Under the pieces are notes generated by a model. That model saw only the letters and a list, made by a program, of their open reading frames with translations, made no database searches and was not told where the DNA came from. From contig JALVVN010000038.1 of assembly GCA_027023405.1 (NCBI GenBank), positions 147,333 to 211,332 on the forward strand: DNA of 64,000 bases, in the 5' to 3' direction. Both the position numbers and the translations under genes were made by a program. Source of the DNA: Campylobacterales bacterium. Lineage in GTDB: Bacteria > Campylobacterota > Campylobacteria > Campylobacterales > QNZT01. Shown here piece by piece: positions 58,794 to 64,000 of the stretch. Each line of letters opens with the position of its first letter. Positions within the stretch are counted from its first letter, which is position 1.

Positions 58794-59017
58794 TCTTAGG
58801 AAGAAAAAAGGGAGAGAGTCTTTATATCGGCAATGATATCTGTCTGCGTATCGAAGATATTTCTGCAAACATGGTAAAAGTCGGAATAGAAGCACCCAAA
58901 GAGGTCGTCATCCTGCGAAGCGAACTCAAAGAGAAGATCGCCTCCCAAAATCTCAAAGCAACGCAAAGTGCTGATGTCGATACACTCAAATCTCTTTCCA
59001 AACAGTTTGGGAAATGA
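58787..59017 (+). CDS. csrA: Carbon storage regulator CsrA
   Basis: 76 aa with MLVLGRKKGESLYIG....L.I......VKVGIEAPKEV.ILRSEL, the canonical CsrA sequence. Overlaps truB by 7 nt and ispE by 4 nt. Confidence 0.85.
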   Translation: MLVLGRKKGESLYIGNDICLRIEDISANMVKVGIEAPKEVVILRSELKEKIASQNLKATQSADVDTLKSLSKQFGK

Positions 59018-59793
59018 TGACACAACGCGCCCACGCCAAGGTCAATATCTTTCTAAAAATCACCGCCAAACGGGGTGACTACCATGAACTCTGCTCTCGT
59101 TTTGTGCAGGTGAATGATCTCTATGATGAGATCACATTTCTCCCCAAAGATCAGCCTGATTCGGCATTCGAACTGGAGGGGAATTTTAGCTGTCGTTTGA
59201 AGCAAAACAGTATCTACAAAGCTTATCGCCTACTGCTTGAACAAGCACCCCAAAAAGTCGCCGATTTTTTCCGACACCATAGAGTCAAAGTCAATAAAAA
59301 TATCCCCGAATTTGCTGGACTCGGCGGTGGAAGCAGTGATGCGGCGACCTTTCTCAATCTCACCAATGAGATCCTCGATCTACGATTTGCCCCCGATCGA
59401 CTTGCCGATCTCTCAAGCCGGATCGGCGCCGATGTTCCCTTTTTCATCTACGGCTACCACAGTGCCAATGTCAGTGGGATCGGTGAGATCGTCGAGTCGT
59501 TTGAGGAGGAGCCGATCGAGATCGAGACATTTACACCCGATATCAAATGCGACACAAAAGCGGTCTATCAAACCTTTCGGGAGCACTTTTTTCAAGTCTG
59601 CGATCAGCCCTTTTGTGATAAGCTCTCCGCTATGAAATCTAAAGAAATCCTAGCAAATTACGCCCCCGACCAACTCAACGATCTACTCCCCCCTGCCCTC
59701 TCACTCTACCCCGATCTGCGCCCCTATTTCGATAAGGAAGAGTGGTTCTTCTCCGGTAGCGGCAGTACCCTCTTTAGGATCAAACATGGCTAA
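59014..59793 (+). CDS. ispE: 4-diphosphocytidyl-2-C-methyl-D-erythritol kinase
   Basis: 259 aa with AKVNIFLKI at the N-terminus and the GHMP kinase motif [14 protein letters not shown]. Confidence 0.85.
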   Translation: MMTQRAHAKVNIFLKITAKRGDYHELCSRFVQVNDLYDEITFLPKDQPDSAFELEGNFSCRLKQNSIYKAYRLLLEQAPQKVADFFRHHRVKVNKNIPEFAGLGGGSSDAATFLNLTNEILDLRFAPDRLADLSSRIGADVPFFIYGYHSANVSGIGEIVESFEEEPIEIETFTPDIKCDTKAVYQTFREHFFQVCDQPFCDKLSAMKSKEILANYAPDQLNDLLPPALSLYPDLRPYFDKEEWFFSGSGSTLFRIKHG

Positions 59794-60262
59794 GAAAAAA
59801 GTGACAAACGACCGCACCGTCGCACGCAACAAAAAGGCATTTCACGACTATGAGATCTTGGAGCGATTTGAGGCGGGATTGGTGCTAGAGGGAAGCGAAG
59901 TCAAAGCACTGCGCGCCGGACGCGTCAATCTCAAAGATAGCTTTGTCAAGATCATCAAAAATGAAGCCTATCTGCTCAACGCCCACATCTCCTACTTTGA
60001 GACGACCCACTCCCACTACCGTCCCGATGAGCGACGCGCCCGCAAACTACTCCTACACAGAAAAGAGATCGACAAGTTAGTAGGCAAAACCTCCAAAGAG
60101 GGACTCACCATCGTACCGCTAAGTATCTACTTCAACAAAAAGAACTTCGCCAAAGTCCAAATCGCCCTCGCCAAAGGAAAAAAACTCCACGACAAACGCG
60201 AAACCCTCAAGAAAAAGCAAGCGGACAAAGATGCGAAAATGGCGATGAAGAAGTATATGTAG
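59786..60262 (+). CDS. smpB: SsrA-binding protein SmpB
   Basis: 158 aa with [10 protein letters not shown]...[14 protein letters not shown] and [10 protein letters not shown] blocks. Confidence 0.9.
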   Translation: MAKKKVTNDRTVARNKKAFHDYEILERFEAGLVLEGSEVKALRAGRVNLKDSFVKIIKNEAYLLNAHISYFETTHSHYRPDERRARKLLLHRKEIDKLVGKTSKEGLTIVPLSIYFNKKNFAKVQIALAKGKKLHDKRETLKKKQADKDAKMAMKKYM

Positions 60263-60296
60263 ATCGACACACTAGTGGATGATCTTGATCGTGCTT

Positions 60297-61427
60297 TTAA
60301 CCCATTAACAAAACAACATACCTCACATTTCTACCGGCTGTTCCCTCTACCTGTTTTATGAGATTTTTAGTGACCAGATCAGCGATATCTCTCTTGGCTG
60401 TAGCTGGAGAAGTTTTTGCTATGGAGATATATTTTTTTGTATTTAGACCACCTTCGAAACCGTCAACTCCCGCATCGAGTAACTTATTGAGCACTTTTAT
60501 TTGACGAGTGTTTAGCGGATACTCTCTTGCCCTATCCCAAAAATTGGCTTTTTGTACGGCTATTTGAACCTGTTGTAGTGATATTTCTATCGCTTTGTTT
60601 ATCAAATCTATATGCCAAGATATCCACTCTGTGAGATCTAAGTTTTTATTGTACATCAGCTTTTGGCTTTGCTCTAAAAGCTCATAGTATCTCTTTTTAT
60701 CCTCCACTATGGCTGTAGATATGGAGTAGTAACCGTCATTTAATCCAAGCTCTTTTGATAAGAGATAGTTTGTTATCGCTCTTGCAATTCTACCGTTTCC
60801 ATCATCATAAGGGTGTATCGTCACAAACCAAAAGTGGGCTATTGCGGCTTTAGTGTAAGGCTCTTGCGTACTTGTGTTTACAAACGCCAAAAAAGCGTCC
60901 ATCTCTTTATCTAAAATATCCGGTGGCGGTGCGATGTAGTGCGTCTGTTCTCTACCACCCCTATTGGAGACAATAGACATCTCCTCTTCTCTAAATTTAG
61001 CTACATTGATTTTATAGAGTCCGCTATAACCATCAGGAAAGAGCGTATGGTGCCATCCGTTAAGTCGTTCTACTGTAAGCGGCGAGTGATTTGTACTGCT
61101 ATCCATAAACATAGCCACAAGTCCATCGGTATGTTTTGTAGAGCTATCTTTTTTGCTAACGCTACCGGATAACTTTTTTAAAATAGACGAACGAACACTT
61201 TGACGATCCAAAACCTCACCCTCTATTTGAGAGGAGGTAACGATTTCATTGATAAAAGATTCTACTTTAAGCACATTGCTTTTTTGAACCCCAAGCATAG
61301 TAAGTATGCCGTCTAATCTACCACTGTTTTGACTCACAGACAATAAACTTCTACTCAACCGATCTTTATCGTATCTGAAATGAGGATAATTATCATCTTG
61401 CCATATCCAAATTTTCTCACTCTGCAT
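60297..61427 (-). CDS. Fic-family protein (class II, with N-terminal inhibitory motif and C-terminal wHTH)
   Basis: 376 aa with the Fic core HPYDDGNGRIARA (HxFx(D/E)GNGRxxR type, with Y at the F position), an upstream SSQIEG matching the (S/T)xxxE(G/N) alpha-inh motif, and an N-terminal IWIWQDDNYPHFRYD DUF4172-like start. Confidence 0.85.
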   Translation of the reverse strand: MQSEKIWIWQDDNYPHFRYDKDRLSRSLLSVSQNSGRLDGILTMLGVQKSNVLKVESFINEIVTSSQIEGEVLDRQSVRSSILKKLSGSVSKKDSSTKHTDGLVAMFMDSSTNHSPLTVERLNGWHHTLFPDGYSGLYKINVAKFREEEMSIVSNRGGREQTHYIAPPPDILDKEMDAFLAFVNTSTQEPYTKAAIAHFWFVTIHPYDDGNGRIARAITNYLLSKELGLNDGYYSISTAIVEDKKRYYELLEQSQKLMYNKNLDLTEWISWHIDLINKAIEISLQQVQIAVQKANFWDRAREYPLNTRQIKVLNKLLDAGVDGFEGGLNTKKYISIAKTSPATAKRDIADLVTKNLIKQVEGTAGRNVRYVVLLMG

Positions 61428-61528
61428 CTCTACCCTTGCTCTATGTGAGCCAATTATTTAAGATAATCGTATCATAATATGAGCTGATTGTCAAATTGAA
61501 ACGGCTTGAAGTACAATAACTACACGCT

Positions 61529-62395
61529 TTATATCAATCCAAGCTCTTGGGAGATGTCTTTGATGAGTTTTGAGAGTGAGTATCTATGCAGTTCATTTTC
61601 ATCAGGGAGATAGTTACCAAATAGATCTTGCTTGACCTCCTCCTCTGTTTTTTGTGTCAGTTGTGCCAACTCTCTAATACGACTATCTGGATAGGCTTTG
61701 CGTTTCTGTATCATTTCAAGTACTTTATATTTATGGTGGGCATAACGACCGTTTAGCTCAAAGACTTCGATATATTTTGAGTACAGATCGCTAAAATCCT
61801 CTTTCAACAAAAGCTCAAAATCTTTTTCATTTTCAATTATTAGATGCGGATTGCTCATAAAAGTTTTAAATCGTACTCTCTCATCAAAGTCAAAACTATT
61901 GGATGTCGGCACTCTCTTGCCGATATTTTGCTCCTTTTTTAGTTTAGAGTTGCAAATATAGCAAGAGGGGATAATATTATAAAGGCTGAGTGCCAAATGG
62001 GGATATTCTGTTTTTGGCAAAATATGATCAAGCGTATAACCACTTTTTGTATTTTTATTTGTCGTTTTAAACAGATTGATAAAGTCTATATTGCAGTAGT
62101 AGCAGGTATGAATCTCTAAATACTTTTTAAATATATCAGAGATATGTTTTCGATATTTGTTTTGATAGTCAAAAAGTTTTGCAATTTCATCATTTATACC
62201 AGTTGGCAATTTTATCTTAGATAGTTTATCAAACGAAGAGCATAGTAGAGTTCGTAAATCACATTTGATATGCTTTTCAAACTCCTCACGATATATCTCT
62301 CCAAGTGTTTTATTGCCATAGGATCGATGCTTTCTTTTTGATAGATCAGCATAATAGACATCCTCTATCTTGTGATATTCAGTTACTTTTATCAC
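61529..62395 (-). CDS. HNH endonuclease, PtuB-like (candidate Septu nuclease)
   Basis: 288 aa with CYYC-x22-DHILPK-x13-NIIPSCYICNSKLK, a CxxC...DH...N...CxxCN zinc-HNH core. The start overlaps the stop of the upstream ATPase by 17 nt. Confidence 0.65.
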   Translation of the reverse strand: MIKVTEYHKIEDVYYADLSKRKHRSYGNKTLGEIYREEFEKHIKCDLRTLLCSSFDKLSKIKLPTGINDEIAKLFDYQNKYRKHISDIFKKYLEIHTCYYCNIDFINLFKTTNKNTKSGYTLDHILPKTEYPHLALSLYNIIPSCYICNSKLKKEQNIGKRVPTSNSFDFDERVRFKTFMSNPHLIIENEKDFELLLKEDFSDLYSKYIEVFELNGRYAHHKYKVLEMIQKRKAYPDSRIRELAQLTQKTEEEVKQDLFGNYLPDENELHRYSLSKLIKDISQELGLI

Positions 62396-64000
62396 TTTTT
62401 AACTTCTCCAAATATGCTTCTGTGCGTTTGATCTCCTCTTCTCTTGCCGCATCTTTTCCCAAAAGGATTTTTTCGATTTCAACAAGATGATTTTTGATAA
62501 CCTGTTTGAGATAATCCTCACCTATGATTTGTTGTATTTGCCAAAATTTATCTTTTTTAGTACTGTATTCTCTTTTGAGTTCCTCTAAGTCGCTACTATC
62601 TTTTTTGTTCTCTTCTTCAACTTTTTTATGAAACTTGATAACATCATCTATCTTGCTCCTCGCAAACTCCCCCATCAGTCCATCTTCCATAAAGAAACTA
62701 TCACTTAGAAGTGTATGGATATTTTGTCCAAAAGTTTGTTTTTTAGCCATAACTTTATCATGGGGTAATACTTTACATTTTCCATTACAAGTATCCAAAA
62801 AAATGATGTTTTGTTTCGGGATGTCTGAGAGTAGGAAGGGGGAATGGGTGGTGAAGATGAAATTGAGTTGTAAATTATCGTAATTTTTAAAAAAATTTAC
62901 TATCCATACAATTAATCTCTTTTGCCAGTCAGGATGAAAAGTATTTTCTATTTCATCTAAAAAAATATTAAAACTTTTAGTTTTATCTTTCCTCAAATGT
63001 ATAATATTTTCAATAGAAAACAAAAGCTTAAGAATATTTTGTTCTCCACTGCTTAATTTACTAAACTTAATATCTTTTTCAGAAGCAAAATCTACTGAAA
63101 GATATGATGGTAACTGCTTTAATATTGATATATTTTCTTCATCGAATTTATTAACATCTAATTCATAATCATGTTCAGGATAATTATTTATATTTTGTAT
63201 TAAATCAATTAGAGTTGCACTGTTAATTAATAAATTTACTATTTTCTCTAATTCAGATAAATTTTTTAAATAAAAATCATTGCTCGTATTACTATCAAAT
63301 CTAACACTTTGTTTGAATGATTTTATTTTTATATCTATCTCTTGCAAGATAGGTTTAATATCCGATAAAATATTGTCAAGGTTGTCAATTATGTTAGAAT
63401 AATCATTAAAATAGTTCTTCAATTTATAAATATACTCATAAAAATCAGTATGAAATTTTTTTGTGTTAATTACATATCTTAAAAAGAAAACTGTTTCTAA
63501 TTTTAATATGCTTTCAATACTAGATTTTTTTAAAAAATTACGATATGCAACTTCTTCTTTTGTTCCTCCACTAAACAAATTTACAAAAACTTCTCTATTT
63601 AAAAATATTTTTGTTGGAAGCCAAAATTTTGTAAGTTTTTCCGGTATCCTACTCCTATTTAAAAAAAAGTTTGTAAGATAACCATAAATCTTGCCATATT
63701 CATGTTCTAGATTAATAACACCATCATATTTATTTACTTCTGTATAAAACAAAAGCTCTTCATTATAAACATATGTTGGTCTTAAAAAATCATCTGCCTC
63801 TAAATTATTGCCAAAAAAATAAAAAAAGCTTCTGTCATATTCATCATTATAGCTCTGAAGTTGCTTTATTTGTGGGAAAAAGCTACCAGAAACATAATTT
63901 TGAATGTTATTTGATGAATTTATGTGTGTCAACTTATATGGAAATTTACAAGTTATTTGTTCATCACTAACTAAAGATGAATCTATAAAAATCTGTTTTT
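62379..64000 (-). CDS. ABC/SMC-like AAA ATPase, PtuA-like (candidate Septu ATPase), 5'-truncated by the window edge
   Basis: The reading frame stays open upstream of the tracked TTG at 63932 to nt 64000 (...KQIFIDSSLVSDEQITCKFPYKL-THINSS...), so the N-terminus with Walker A lies outside the window. Visible motifs: signature LSSGEQ, Walker B IFLDEIE, a TTHSP switch and a long helical insertion. Confidence 0.7.
   Translation of the reverse strand, partial: KQIFIDSSLVSDEQITCKFPYKLTHINSSNNIQNYVSGSFFPQIKQLQSYNDEYDRSFFYFFGNNLEADDFLRPTYVYNEELLFYTEVNKYDGVINLEHEYGKIYGYLTNFFLNRSRIPEKLTKFWLPTKIFLNREVFVNLFSGGTKEEVAYRNFLKKSSIESILKLETVFFLRYVINTKKFHTDFYEYIYKLKNYFNDYSNIIDNLDNILSDIKPILQEIDIKIKSFKQSVRFDSNTSNDFYLKNLSELEKIVNLLINSATLIDLIQNINNYPEHDYELDVNKFDEENISILKQLPSYLSVDFASEKDIKFSKLSSGEQNILKLLFSIENIIHLRKDKTKSFNIFLDEIENTFHPDWQKRLIVWIVNFFKNYDNLQLNFIFTTHSPFLLSDIPKQNIIFLDTCNGKCKVLPHDKVMAKKQTFGQNIHTLLSDSFFMEDGLMGEFARSKIDDVIKFHKKVEEENKKDSSDLEELKREYSTKKDKFWQIQQIIGEDYLKQVIKNHLVEIEKILLGKDAAREEEIKRTEAYLEKLKSDKSN

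Noticed and set aside
60263-60296. Looked for a tmRNA (ssrA) gene or tRNA-like att site next to smpB
   Set aside because: Only 34 nt separate smpB from the convergent fic gene. No tRNA-like acceptor/T-arm sequence or tag-peptide reading frame is visible anywhere in the window.

Overview
This 64-kb window appears to come from a Campylobacterota (epsilonproteobacterial) chromosome. That guess rests on gene content and order: truB-csrA-ispE-smpB, a futalosine-pathway radical SAM gene, RNase Y, and pglB with a WWDYG motif. All calls come from reading the ORF translations and the DNA by eye; no searches were run.

Most of the window is housekeeping sequence at roughly 45-55% G+C, judged from hand counts of single lines:
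- fbp (partial) and a thioredoxin.
- A TPP riboswitch driving a translationally coupled thiC-thiD-thiE-thiO-thiS-thiG-tenI-like operon.
- A complete MoxR/DUF58/VWA/TPR/BatD (Bat-type) operon.
- An HD-GYP protein, rny, ftsY, radA, tgt, recG and an mqnC-like gene.
- The clpS-clpA-aat N-degron cluster.
- bioD, pyrB, pabB/pabC, a UvrD-family helicase, and truB-csrA-ispE-smpB.

The most interesting region is the glycosylation locus at 32.3-47.2 kb. A minimal core (pglF-like dehydratase, WecA-like GT4, pglB) is preceded on the same strand by a degraded AbiE toxin-antitoxin scar and a very AT-rich nine-gene operon (about 20-28% G+C in spot counts). That operon encodes:
- three glycosyltransferases and a Wzx-like flippase;
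- a CDP-alcohol phosphatidyltransferase and an Asp/Glu-type racemase;
- two SAM methyltransferase domains;
- a cytidylyltransferase fused to a ParB/Srx-like domain;
- a terpene-cyclase-like toroid fused to a methyltransferase.

I interpret this as a candidate undescribed pathway that makes a CDP-activated phospho-head group to decorate a glycan. This is inference, not demonstrated.

Other accessory elements are a ParE-type TA islet, a secreted ankyrin protein with duplicated Cys-rich modules, and a terminal AT-rich block with a class II Fic protein and a Septu-like ATPase/HNH pair that runs off the window. I found no rRNA, tRNA, tmRNA, CRISPR array or transposase.
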